A DNA stretch of 62,239 bases, filler included, from a bacterium (GTDB lineage: Bacteria > JBDRGX01): assembly GCA_043817485.1 (NCBI GenBank). It is 7 parts of 7 records of this genome, joined end to end, with 100 filler letters (N's around TTAATTAATTAA, not from the genome) between each part and the next. Parts side by side here need not be neighbours in the genome. Positions count along the whole stretch, not along the records: positions 18,169 to 32,489 come from JBDRGX010000032.1; 6 more parts are not named here. One strand, 5' to 3'. The notes below the pieces were generated by a model. The model worked only from the letters and a program-made list of their open reading frames with translations, was not told the origin of the DNA and searched no databases. This document shows positions 18,290 to 27,739 of this stretch, in pieces (position 1 is the first letter of the stretch; the number at the start of each line of letters is the position of its first letter). The position numbers and the translations under genes were made by a program.

Positions 18290-20587
18290 CTATGGTTGAT
18301 AAGCATAAATATGTCCATCTGTAGAAGATATAACAAAAACAGCATTTTGTCTGTCATATCCTGGTGAAACTTGAAATCCCGATGAAGCATTTGATTTTGG
18401 AAATCCAGATTTAACAGATGCTAAATTTGTTGCTGATAAAGAATAAAAATCTCCAGCATTAGTTCCAAAATAAACATAACTATTTAATATTATCGGCGCA
18501 GAATAAATTATTCCCGATGCTGCTCCATCTACAGTATGACTTGATGAAAGTGTTAAAGGAGAGCCTGTTGTTCCATCGTCATTAATAGAATAAAAAATAT
18601 TTGTGTCTTGACGACCAAAAAAAATTTTATTATTAATATCCCCAAATTTAGTATGAAGAGAAGTAACACTTCCTTCTATATTAAAAGCACCACCTGCATC
18701 ATAATTTCCACGAAAAGCAAAAGTATCTGCATTTAAAGCCATTAATCCACGATTAGAACTTACAGTTCCATTTTTTACTCCATAATATAAATTAGCAATA
18801 CTTCCATTATAGTAAATAAATATTGGAGATTTAATTTCCTCTGTTCCAGGACTTGTAGGATAAGATGCTGTAATTGTACCTGTTGCTATTGCAATTTTAT
18901 ATACTTTTCCAGTATCTGCACCAATGTATAAATAATCATCTGCTACATATATTCCAGGTGTAGATTGTACAGGTTCTCCTATACTTACAGGCCAATTAGA
19001 AAGAGCGGAACCATTTGCATCTACTCCATAAACAAATCCATCATTACAACCAACAAAAATTTTATTTTTAGTACTATTTATAATAGGAGAAGATCGAATT
19101 GAATTACCGCTTGATAAAGTAACAACCCATAATTCTGTAGCAGAAGTTCCATTATCTCTAATTTTATATAATCGTCCATTATCATCTCCAAAAATAATAA
19201 TATTTTGATTAGTTCCATCTTCTTTATAAACAGCACAAGAAGTTCTAATATTATAATAATAAGAAGCTGTTGAATTTTCATAACTCCATTTTAAAGTTCC
19301 ATCAACACCATTTAAAGCATAAATTCTTCCTTTAACACTAGTTCCATTAGTATCTGTTCCTACATATACTGTTCCTTGCAAAGCACGAGCAGAAGAATAT
19401 ACTGGTTGTATACTACCTGTTGCAGGATAAACCCATTTACAATAAGCATCATCTGCAAAATATTTAACATAATCTGTAGTTGCATTATCAACAGAATACA
19501 TTAATGGAACTCTTGAAGCTGTTGGAGAAATTCTTATTGGATTACGAAGATTATAATTTACTAATCCATCATTTAAAATAGTTGATGGATTAGTGTCCCA
19601 AACACCATCTTTATATTGTTTTCTATAAACAATTTCATTGATATCTACATAATAACACCAAATTAAAACTCCGTCTGAAGTAAGATTATTATTATATTTT
19701 GTGTCATTTGTTCCTACATCTGCAAGTAAAGTAATTGAGCTCCAAGTTTCAGTTGCATTATTATAAAATACATGATAAACACGATCACTTGCATTGTAAG
19801 TCAAGTGTATGTTATTATTTGAAGTATTAAGACCTCCAAGATTTGAATATGTATAAGCACTTCCTGGTATTATTTCAGCTGCTGTTGACCAACTTGTTCC
19901 ATTCCAATAACTCCATCTAGTAGGTTCATAATATCCAAAAAAACAAGCAGGATATGTTCCTCCTTTTGACAAAAGCAAAATTTGTTCACCAATATCAGTA
20001 CTACCTCTTGTAAAAGTAACTAAATCATAAGCAGATGACCAATTAACTCCATCATTATCACTATATTTAGCATAAATATGTCTTTCTGATGCACCTACAT
20101 AGAAACGATAAGCAATCCAAAGTCTACCACCTGGCTCTCTATAAATGCAAGGATTAGCTTTTTCACTTTGTGTTGCTTGAACTTCATATTCAGTTCCAGT
20201 TGACCAAGTATTATCTCCATTATAAGTTAATTTTCTAAAGCAAACTTGCCCTTGATTTTTTTCATAAACTACATAAATATGATTATTAGAATCTATTATT
20301 TGATGAGAATGATAGTTATACCATTCATTAGAAAGTTGAACAGCAGTATTCCAACTGGTTCCTCCATTAGTAGAAACTTTATAATTCAATCCAGATTGAG
20401 ATGTTCCTGGCCAACAATAAAAAGCTACAATAGTTTCAGTGCTCGTAATTACAATATTTCTATTAGTACCATATACAGAAGGAGAAATTTGAGCATTTTG
20501 AACCTGATCAATAACAACTTGTGCTTGCAAAAAAATAGATAACATTGAAAAAAAAATAATTACAAAAAATACAAATATTTTACGCAT
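18290..20587 (-). CDS. Secreted beta-propeller protein (BNR/Asp-box N-part, PQQ-like repeats C-part)
   Basis: Signal peptide; Asp-boxes STNGGTSW and SDNDGVNW; repeats VYVG..G.IYAL...G...W, SSP...IFVG..DG.VY. Confidence 0.75.
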   Translation of the reverse strand: MRKIFVFFVIIFFSMLSIFLQAQVVIDQVQNAQISPSVYGTNRNIVITSTETIVAFYCWPGTSQSGLNYKVSTNGGTSWNTAVQLSNEWYNYHSHQIIDSNNHIYVVYEKNQGQVCFRKLTYNGDNTWSTGTEYEVQATQSEKANPCIYREPGGRLWIAYRFYVGASERHIYAKYSDNDGVNWSSAYDLVTFTRGSTDIGEQILLLSKGGTYPACFFGYYEPTRWSYWNGTSWSTAAEIIPGSAYTYSNLGGLNTSNNNIHLTYNASDRVYHVFYNNATETWSSITLLADVGTNDTKYNNNLTSDGVLIWCYYVDINEIVYRKQYKDGVWDTNPSTILNDGLVNYNLRNPIRISPTASRVPLMYSVDNATTDYVKYFADDAYCKWVYPATGSIQPVYSSARALQGTVYVGTDTNGTSVKGRIYALNGVDGTLKWSYENSTASYYYNIRTSCAVYKEDGTNQNIIIFGDDNGRLYKIRDNGTSATELWVVTLSSGNSIRSSPIINSTKNKIFVGCNDGFVYGVDANGSALSNWPVSIGEPVQSTPGIYVADDYLYIGADTGKVYKIAIATGTITASYPTSPGTEEIKSPIFIYYNGSIANLYYGVKNGTVSSNRGLMALNADTFAFRGNYDAGGAFNIEGSVTSLHTKFGDINNKIFFGRQDTNIFYSINDDGTTGSPLTLSSSHTVDGAASGIIYSAPIILNSYVYFGTNAGDFYSLSATNLASVKSGFPKSNASSGFQVSPGYDRQNAVFVISSTDGHIYAYQP

Positions 20588-20817
20588 TTTATAATCTCCT
20601 TGTTTTTAAATGACCAAAATAATAAAGAAAATTCGAAATACGAAACAATGAAAAAAATTAAATTGGAAATTAGAAATGGAATCTACTCTGGTGTTCTTTT
20701 TTCCTGGTGTTCTGGTGACTGGTGCTCTATTGCTATTGAATTGTCAAAGACTATAATTTTCAATTTTACATTTTCAATTGTTATTTACTGTTCCATTTTT
20801 GAAAATAAATGGTTATT

Positions 20818-20910
20818 CTAATGTCCCCCGCTGGCGGGGGTAGGGTTTCCTTTTTCTATTCCTTTATCAATCTGTTCCTAATGTCCCCCGCTGGCGGGGG
20901 TAGGGGGTGG
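20818..20910. repeat. Two 28-bp direct copies of a GC-rich hairpin REP-like repeat, 60-bp period
   Basis: CTAATGTCCCCCGCTGGCGGGGGTAGGG at 20818 and 20878. Confidence 0.85.
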
Positions 20911-21097
20911 AATCCTCTTCTTCACCTCCTAAAAAAATTCGAATATTAAAATTCAAAACAAATACAATTTTGGTAGTTTGCAATATTTTATTTTTGATTG
21001 CGATTTAATGTAAATATATTGAAAAATTAAGTGTTTTGTCAAGTTTTTATTTAAAATTATCATGAATTATTTTTATTTGCCATAATGAATAATGTTC

Positions 21098-21290
21098 CTA
21101 CAATAATGTCATCCCTTCGGGATTAAATTTGGATTGTGTCAATGTATGCTACAATAATGTCATCCCTTCGGGATTAAATTTGGATTGTGTCAATATATGC
21201 TACAATAATACAACCCTTTAGGACTAAATACAGAATATGAAAGAACCCAAAAAAAAATCTTAACCCTGAAAGGGTGATATTATTATAGCA
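21098..21290. repeat. REP-like cluster: 51-bp tandem units plus an inverted copy
   Basis: CTACAATAATGTCATCCCTTCGGGATT at 21098 and 21149, degenerate at 21200; reverse copy AACCCTGAAAGGGTGATATTATTATAG at 21262. Confidence 0.85.
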
Positions 21291-21307
21291 TTTTGTTTAA
21301 AAAAATG

Positions 21308-22192
21308 TTATTTTCTTGGATGATATTTAGAATGAATTTCTTTAAGCCGTTCTTTATTAATATGAGTGTAAATTTGAGTAGTAGCAATACTACTATGTCC
21401 TAACATTTCTTGAACTATTCGTAAATCTGCACCTCTTTCTAAAAGATGTGTTGCAAAAGAATGTCGTAAAGTATGAGGAGTAAAATTTTTTTTAATAGAA
21501 GTAAATTTAATATATCCTTTAAGTATTTTCCATGTTCCTTGTCTTGTTAATTTATTTCCATGATAGTTAAGAAATAAATATGAATTTTGTTTATTTTTCA
21601 ACAATTTTTGTCGAGAATTAGTTAAATACAAATTAAGAGATTCTAATGTTTTTTTACCAATAGGAACAATTCTTTCTTTACTTCCTTTGCCAAAACACCG
21701 TATATAGCCAATATTTTGGTTTATATCATTTAATTTTAAAAAAATAAGTTCTGAAATACGGATTCCAGAACCATAAAGCATTTCGAACATAGCCAAATCT
21801 CTTCTTCCTATAATAGTATCAATTTTAGGAGTACTAAAAAGTTTTTCTATTTCTTGAATAGTTAAAACATCTGGTAGACTTTTCCATACTCTTGGAGAAA
21901 TAATATTAGCAGTAATATCTTCTTTTAAAATTTTTTCACGAGTTAAAAAACGATGAAAAACTTTAATAGCGATTATTGCTCTGGCAATAGAATTAGCTTT
22001 CAATCCATGTTTTTGCAAAAATTCTAAATATGAATGTAATATTTCTTTATTTACAATAGAAATATCTGAATTTATTTTTTTTAAAAAATCCAAATATTTA
22101 GTTAAATCTCTTTTATAAGCAATAATTGTATTATTTGCAAGTCCTCTTTCAACAGAAAGATAATTTAAAAAATCTTCTAAATAATTTTTCAT
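21308..22192 (-). CDS. xerD: Site-specific tyrosine recombinase XerD
   Basis: LSVERGLA.NT..AY.RDL; LYGSGIRISE; GKGSKER; HTLRHSFATHLL; LGH...TTQIYTH. Confidence 0.93.
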   Translation of the reverse strand: MKNYLEDFLNYLSVERGLANNTIIAYKRDLTKYLDFLKKINSDISIVNKEILHSYLEFLQKHGLKANSIARAIIAIKVFHRFLTREKILKEDITANIISPRVWKSLPDVLTIQEIEKLFSTPKIDTIIGRRDLAMFEMLYGSGIRISELIFLKLNDINQNIGYIRCFGKGSKERIVPIGKKTLESLNLYLTNSRQKLLKNKQNSYLFLNYHGNKLTRQGTWKILKGYIKFTSIKKNFTPHTLRHSFATHLLERGADLRIVQEMLGHSSIATTQIYTHINKERLKEIHSKYHPRK

Positions 22193-22325
22193 AATATTTG
22201 TAAATTATAAGATATTTTAATAAATTGCAAATTATTTTTTTATTTTTTAAAAAATTATTTTTAAAAGTTGACAAGTTAATAAAAAATGGCAATGAATTAA
22301 GTTTTAAATATTTTTAAGGAGAGTT

Positions 22326-22985
22326 ATGGAAATAAAATCTTTTGTTTTTGATATGGATGGGTTAATGGTTGAAACAGAATCTTTATATGGTCAAGCTTTA
22401 ACTGAAATTGCATATCAAAAAAGAAAAAAAATTTCACAAAAAACAAGATATCAAATTATGGGAAGAGATGCTATTGATGGAATGACTATTTTCAAAAAAG
22501 ATCTTGATTTAAAAGAAAGTGTTTTAGAAATTTTAGATCAAAGAGAAAAAATATATAAAGAACTTTTAACAAATGCCATTCTTGAGCCATTATCGGGATT
22601 AATTGAATTACTTAATTTATTAAAAAAAATGCAATTTCAAATAGCTCTTGCTTCTTCTTCTCAAAGATGTTGGATAGATATAATTCTTGAAAAATTAAAT
22701 ATTGCTTCTTTTTTTGAAATAATTGTTTCAAGAAATGAAGTTAAAAAAAGTAAACCAGATCCAGAAATTTATTTACTTGCAGCTAAAAAATTAAATTTAA
22801 ATCCAAATCAATGTTTAGCTTTAGAAGATACAATTCCAGGAATAGAATCAGCTAAAAAAGCTGGAATGAAATGTATTGCTATTCCTAATAAATTTAATAA
22901 AAATGAAAATTTTTTTAATGCAGATTTAGTATTAAATAGTTTATGTGAAATTGATGAAAACTTTTTGAAAAATTTTTGTAGATAA
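22326..22985 (+). CDS. HAD-superfamily phosphatase (beta-PGM-like)
   Basis: FDMDG, ASSS, KPDP, LED...G..SA. Confidence 0.88.
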   Translation: MEIKSFVFDMDGLMVETESLYGQALTEIAYQKRKKISQKTRYQIMGRDAIDGMTIFKKDLDLKESVLEILDQREKIYKELLTNAILEPLSGLIELLNLLKKMQFQIALASSSQRCWIDIILEKLNIASFFEIIVSRNEVKKSKPDPEIYLLAAKKLNLNPNQCLALEDTIPGIESAKKAGMKCIAIPNKFNKNENFFNADLVLNSLCEIDENFLKNFCR

Positions 22986-22995
22986 AGGAGGTTTA

Positions 22996-23967
22996 ATGCG
23001 TACAATTACTTATAGAGAAGCTATTGTAGAAGCTTTAAGAGAAGAAATGATAAGAGATGAAAAAGTTTTTTTATTAGGTGAAGATATTGCTATTTATGGT
23101 GGTGCTTATGGTGCTACTAAAGGATTATGGGAAGAATTTGGAGATGAAAGAGTAAGAGATACTGCTATTTCAGAGCAAGTAATTGTAGGAGCCGCTATTG
23201 GTGCTGCAATGACTGGTATGCGACCAGTTGCTGAAATAATGTATATTGATTTTATGACTTTAGCAATGGATCAATTTTGTAATCAAGCAGCTAAAATAAG
23301 ATATATGTTTGGTGGAAAAGCTAAAGTTCCAATGGTAATAAGAACACAGGGAGGTGCTGGAAGATGTATTGCAGCTCATCATTCTCAAAGTTTAGAATCA
23401 TGGTTTTTACATGTTCCAGGAATTTATGTTATTATGCCATCAACTCCCTATGATGCAAAAGGACTTTTGAAATCTGCTATTAGAAATGATAATCCAATAC
23501 TTTTCATAGAACATAAAAGTATATATAATAATAAAGGTGAAGTTCCAGAAGGAGAATATACAATTCCTATTGGAAAAGCTGATGTTAAAAAAATTGGAAA
23601 TGATATAACTATTATTGCTCATTCTCGTTCTACTATTTATTCTTTAGAAGCAGCAAATGAATTAGAAAAAGAAGGTATTTCTGTAGAAGTAATTGATCCT
23701 CGGACTCTTCAACCTTTAGATATGGATACTATTCTTTCTTCAGTTAAAAAAACTAATAAAGTAATTATTGTTGAAGAAGGTTGTAAAAGCGGTGGTATTG
23801 GTGCAGAAATAGGAATGAGAATTGTAGAACAAGCATTTGATTATCTTGATGCTCCAATTAAAAGAATAGCTGGTGCTGATGTTCCTATTCCAATGAGTGA
23901 ACCATTAGAAAATGCAGCTATTCCTAATAAAAATGATATTATGAAAGCAATCAGAGAAATGCTTTAG
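22996..23967 (+). CDS. pdhB: Pyruvate/acetoin dehydrogenase E1 beta subunit
   Basis: LLGEDI..YGGAY, DTAISE, RPVAEIMY.DF, AAHHSQ, AFDYLDAP. Confidence 0.9.
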   Translation: MRTITYREAIVEALREEMIRDEKVFLLGEDIAIYGGAYGATKGLWEEFGDERVRDTAISEQVIVGAAIGAAMTGMRPVAEIMYIDFMTLAMDQFCNQAAKIRYMFGGKAKVPMVIRTQGGAGRCIAAHHSQSLESWFLHVPGIYVIMPSTPYDAKGLLKSAIRNDNPILFIEHKSIYNNKGEVPEGEYTIPIGKADVKKIGNDITIIAHSRSTIYSLEAANELEKEGISVEVIDPRTLQPLDMDTILSSVKKTNKVIIVEEGCKSGGIGAEIGMRIVEQAFDYLDAPIKRIAGADVPIPMSEPLENAAIPNKNDIMKAIREML

Positions 23968-23978
23968 GAGAAATAAAA

Positions 23979-25127
23979 ATGATTCAAAAAGTTTTTTTAC
24001 CACAATTAGGACAAACAGTTGTAGAAGCAAAAATAGAAAAATGGTTAAAAAAAGAAGGTGATATTATAGAAAAAGGTGATATTCTTTTAGAAATTACTAC
24101 AGATAAAGCCACAGTAGAAGTAGAATCTTTTTATAAAGGTATTTTAAAAAAAATAATTCATTTTGAAAATGAAACTTTGCCAATATTATCTACTATTGCT
24201 TTGATTGGAGATAAAGAAGATTCTCTTCCAAATATAGAAGATATTATAAAAGAAAATATGCTTTTAAATGAAAATAAAGAAGAAGTTATAAAAGAAGAGC
24301 AAAAAGAAGAAAAAAAAACAGCTGAAAATTTGGATGAAAGAATCAAAATTTCTCCAGCAGCGAAAAGAAGGGCAAAAGAATTAAATATAGATATAAACTT
24401 AATTAAAGGAACAAGTGAAAGAATTACTATAGGAGATGTAGAAAATTATACTAAAAAAAGTCAGATCTCTTTTTCTTCTCTGACTTCTATGAGAAAAATA
24501 ATTGCAGAAAAAATGACGAAAAGCAAAACTACTGTTCCACATTTTTATCTTTTTACTGAAGTAAATATGGAAAAAATTATTGTTTTAAGAGAAAATTTTA
24601 TTGCAAAAATTATAAAATTATCTTTTAATGATTTTATAATTAAAGCATTGGGCTTGGCTTTGAAAGAACATCCTAAAATAAATTCATCATTTTCTTCGCA
24701 AGAAATTATTAATCATTCAGAAATTAATATTGGATTGGCTGTTGCTCTTTCTGAAGGTTTAATAGTTCCAGTAATTAAAAATGCAGATAAAAAAGGGCTT
24801 GAAGAAATAGGAAAAGAAACTCAAAAGTTAATTGAAAAAGCAAAAAATAAAAAATTATTACCAGATGAAATTTCTGGAGGTTCTTTTACTATTAGCAATT
24901 TAGGAATGTTTGATATTACAAATTTTTTACCTATTATTCAAGTTCCAGAATCAGCTATTTTAGGGATAAGTAGTATTAAAAAAAGACCTGTTGTAATCAA
25001 TGATGAAATAAAAATTGCTCAAATAATGAATTTAAGTTTATGTTGCGATCATCGTGTTATTGACGGTGATGTTGGTGCAAAATTTTTAAATAAATTAAAA
25101 GAAATACTTGAAACAACAAGTTTTTAA
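23979..25127 (+). CDS. pdhC: Dihydrolipoamide acyltransferase E2
   Basis: Lipoyl TDKA; PSBD SPAAKRRA; catalytic DHRVIDG. Confidence 0.9.
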   Translation: MIQKVFLPQLGQTVVEAKIEKWLKKEGDIIEKGDILLEITTDKATVEVESFYKGILKKIIHFENETLPILSTIALIGDKEDSLPNIEDIIKENMLLNENKEEVIKEEQKEEKKTAENLDERIKISPAAKRRAKELNIDINLIKGTSERITIGDVENYTKKSQISFSSLTSMRKIIAEKMTKSKTTVPHFYLFTEVNMEKIIVLRENFIAKIIKLSFNDFIIKALGLALKEHPKINSSFSSQEIINHSEINIGLAVALSEGLIVPVIKNADKKGLEEIGKETQKLIEKAKNKKLLPDEISGGSFTISNLGMFDITNFLPIIQVPESAILGISSIKKRPVVINDEIKIAQIMNLSLCCDHRVIDGDVGAKFLNKLKEILETTSF

Positions 25128-25178
25128 AAATCTAAAATTAATGTAAATAATTCAATAGAAAAATTTTAAGAAAGGATA

Positions 25179-25736
25179 ATGATGTCAGAAAAAAAGAAAA
25201 AAAAGAGTGTTGTTAGAGATTGGATAGAAACAATTGCTATTTCTTTAGCTTTAGCTATGATTGTAAGAACATTTGTTATTCAAGTTTTCAAAATTCCTAC
25301 GGGTTCAATGTTAGATACTCTTTTAGTAAATGATTACATTATGGCAAATAAGTTCAAATATAAAATTATTGAGCCGAAAAGAGGTGATATTGTTATTTTT
25401 AAAGCTCCTCATGAGCCACAAAAAGATTATATTAAAAGACTTATAGGTCTACCTGGAGATAAAATAGAAGTAAGAAAAAAAAGAGTTTTAGTTAATGATC
25501 AATATATTGACGAACCTTATAAAGTTAATAAAGATTCTTATATTGAATCTCAGGGATACGGATGGAGAGATTATTTTGGGCCTGTAATTGTTCCTCAAAA
25601 TTGTTATTTTGTAATGGGAGATAATAGAGATAATAGTTATGATAGTCGTGGTTGGGGCTTTTTGCCAAAAAGTTATCTTAAAGGAAAAGCTTTTTTAGTA
25701 TATTGGCCTCCAACAAGAATAAAAATTATAAAATAA
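25179..25736 (+). CDS. lepB: Signal peptidase I
   Basis: IPTGSM, YIKRLIGLPGD, GDNRDNS.DSR. Confidence 0.95.
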   Translation: MMSEKKKKKSVVRDWIETIAISLALAMIVRTFVIQVFKIPTGSMLDTLLVNDYIMANKFKYKIIEPKRGDIVIFKAPHEPQKDYIKRLIGLPGDKIEVRKKRVLVNDQYIDEPYKVNKDSYIESQGYGWRDYFGPVIVPQNCYFVMGDNRDNSYDSRGWGFLPKSYLKGKAFLVYWPPTRIKIIK

Positions 25737-25947
25737 AATTTCCCTGCATAAATGAAGGAGTAATTGGCACTCACAAATAAATTTTTAACAAATGAAGCTT
25801 TTTACAAAATAAACTGAATTTTTTTTATCAAAATATTTATTATTTTTAACGACAATTTATTTTTGCAGTAAATTGCGTGTAATTTTTTAATGTAATTTGA
25901 TTTAAAAAAAATATACAAATCAACAATATTCAATTATTTGAATAATT

Positions 25948-26760
25948 ATGGAGTTTAAAAAAATGAAGATAAATTTTACTAAAATGTCTGGAACAGGAAA
26001 TGATTTTATTATTTTTGATAATAGAAAAAAAATAAAAAAATTGATTGATGCATCTTTTATTAAAAAACTTTGTGAAAGAAAAAGAGGTATTGGTGCTGAT
26101 GGCATAATTTTATTAGAAAAAACAAAAACAGATGAATTTAAAATGAGAATATTTAATCCCGATGGAAATGAAGTAGAAATGTGTGGAAATGGGGCTCGAT
26201 GTTTTGTTTTTTGGTTAAAAAAAAATCTTCTTATTAAAGATAAAGTTTCTTTTGTAACAAAAGCTGGTATTTTGCAAGCAGAAATTAAAAATAAATTAAT
26301 TAAATTAAAAATGACTTCTCCTCAAAATATAATTCCAGAAATAAAATTGAAAAAAGATCTAAAAGTTTCTTTTGTAAATACTGGTGTTCCTCATACAGTT
26401 ATTTTAACAAATAATCTTCAAGAAACAAATGTAATTGAATTAGGAAAATTTGTTCGTTATCATCAAAAATTTCAACCAAATGGAACTAATGTAAATTTTA
26501 TTACAGTTAAAGATGAACATACTTTATATATTCGAACTTATGAAAGAGGAGTAGAAAATGAAACATTATCTTGTGGTACTGGAATAGTTGCAAGTGTTAT
26601 TATTTCGGATGTTTTGAAATATATTAATTCTCCAGTAAAAGTTCATACTTTTGGTGGAGATATTTTAAAAGTATATTTTGAAAAAGAAAAAAATACTTAT
26701 ATTAATGTTTATTTAGAAGGACAAGCAGAAATAATTTATGAAGGACAAATTATAATATAA
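25948..26760 (+). CDS. dapF: Diaminopimelate epimerase
   Basis: GNDF, GIGADG, EMCGNG, GVPH, ERGVE.ETLSCGTG. Confidence 0.96.
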   Translation: MEFKKMKINFTKMSGTGNDFIIFDNRKKIKKLIDASFIKKLCERKRGIGADGIILLEKTKTDEFKMRIFNPDGNEVEMCGNGARCFVFWLKKNLLIKDKVSFVTKAGILQAEIKNKLIKLKMTSPQNIIPEIKLKKDLKVSFVNTGVPHTVILTNNLQETNVIELGKFVRYHQKFQPNGTNVNFITVKDEHTLYIRTYERGVENETLSCGTGIVASVIISDVLKYINSPVKVHTFGGDILKVYFEKEKNTYINVYLEGQAEIIYEGQIII

Positions 26761-26784
26761 ATTTAAAAAATAGGAGATAAAATT

Positions 26785-27657
26785 ATGTTTAAAGGATCAA
26801 TGGTTGCTTTAGTTACGCCTTTTAATCAAGAAAAAATTGATGAAGAAAAAATTAAGAATTTAGTTAATTTTCATCTTGAAAATAAAACAGATGGAATTGT
26901 TCCTTGTGGCACTACTGGAGAATCTCCAACTCTTTCTTTTGAAGAACATGAAAGAGTTATTGAAATAGTTGTACAAGCTGTAAATAAAAAAATCCCAGTA
27001 ATTGCTGGAACTGGTGGTAATAATACAAAGGAAGCGATTACTTTAACTAAGTTTGCTAAAAAAATTGGTTGTGATGGTGCTTTAATAGTAGTTCCTTATT
27101 ATAATAAACCTACTCAAAAAGGACTTTATGAACATTATAAAAAAATTGCTGAAGAAGTAGATATTCCAATTATTCTTTATAATATTCCAGGTCGTACTGG
27201 TATTAATATGATTCCAGAAACAGTTGCTAAACTCTCTCAAATAAAAAATATTGTTGGAATAAAAGAAGCATCTGGAAGTATTTCTCAAGTAGCAGAAGTA
27301 ATTTCAATTTGTCCAAAAAATTTTGTTGTTTTTTCTGGGGATGATAATATGACTTTACCTTTATTGGCATTAGGAGGTAAAGGTGTTATTTCAGTAGTTG
27401 CTAATATAATTCCACAAGAAATTCATGATATGATTGAAAATTGGGAAAAAGGAAATATTCAAAAAGCACAAGAAATCTTTTATAAGTTTTTACCTTTATG
27501 TAATTCTATGTTTTTTGAAACAAATCCTATTCCAGTTAAAACTGCAATGTTTTTAATGAAAAAAATTTCTGATGAAATACGATTACCATTATGTAAAATG
27601 GAAACTGAAAATATAACGAAATTAGAAAATGTATTAAAAAAATATAATTTAATATAA
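26785..27657 (+). CDS. dapA: 4-hydroxy-tetrahydrodipicolinate synthase
   Basis: GTTGES, PYYNKP, YNIPGRT, GIKEAS, SGDD, ETNPIPVK. Confidence 0.97.
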   Translation: MFKGSMVALVTPFNQEKIDEEKIKNLVNFHLENKTDGIVPCGTTGESPTLSFEEHERVIEIVVQAVNKKIPVIAGTGGNNTKEAITLTKFAKKIGCDGALIVVPYYNKPTQKGLYEHYKKIAEEVDIPIILYNIPGRTGINMIPETVAKLSQIKNIVGIKEASGSISQVAEVISICPKNFVVFSGDDNMTLPLLALGGKGVISVVANIIPQEIHDMIENWEKGNIQKAQEIFYKFLPLCNSMFFETNPIPVKTAMFLMKKISDEIRLPLCKMETENITKLENVLKKYNLI

Positions 27658-27680
27658 TTAATTTTAAATTTTGTATATGA

Positions 27681-27708
27681 TGAACCGATGATTTAAATCG
27701 TCGGTTCA
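27681..27708. terminator. Palindromic repeat (family P), likely bidirectional terminator between convergent dapA and nrdD
   Basis: TGAACCGATGATTTAAATCGTCGGTTCA; same palindrome at 56391 and 57474. Confidence 0.65.
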
Positions 27709-27739
27709 AGGTAAATGAAAAACATTTTTTTACAGTAAT

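Noticed and set aside
20600-20821. 73-aa ORF
   Set aside because: It is made of short repeat modules, has no RBS, and lies over the upstream region of the divergent gene
21098-21230. CRISPR array
   Set aside because: The spacers are near-identical, an inverted copy is present, and no cas genes are nearby
21308-22192. Phage integrase or integron integrase with attC cassettes
   Set aside because: The sequence is typical chromosomal XerD, lacks the IntI-specific insertion, and the adjacent repeats do not separate gene cassettes
25737-25947. Lysine riboswitch upstream of dapF/dapA
   Set aside because: No recognisable L-box conserved elements; the region is too AT-rich and unstructured
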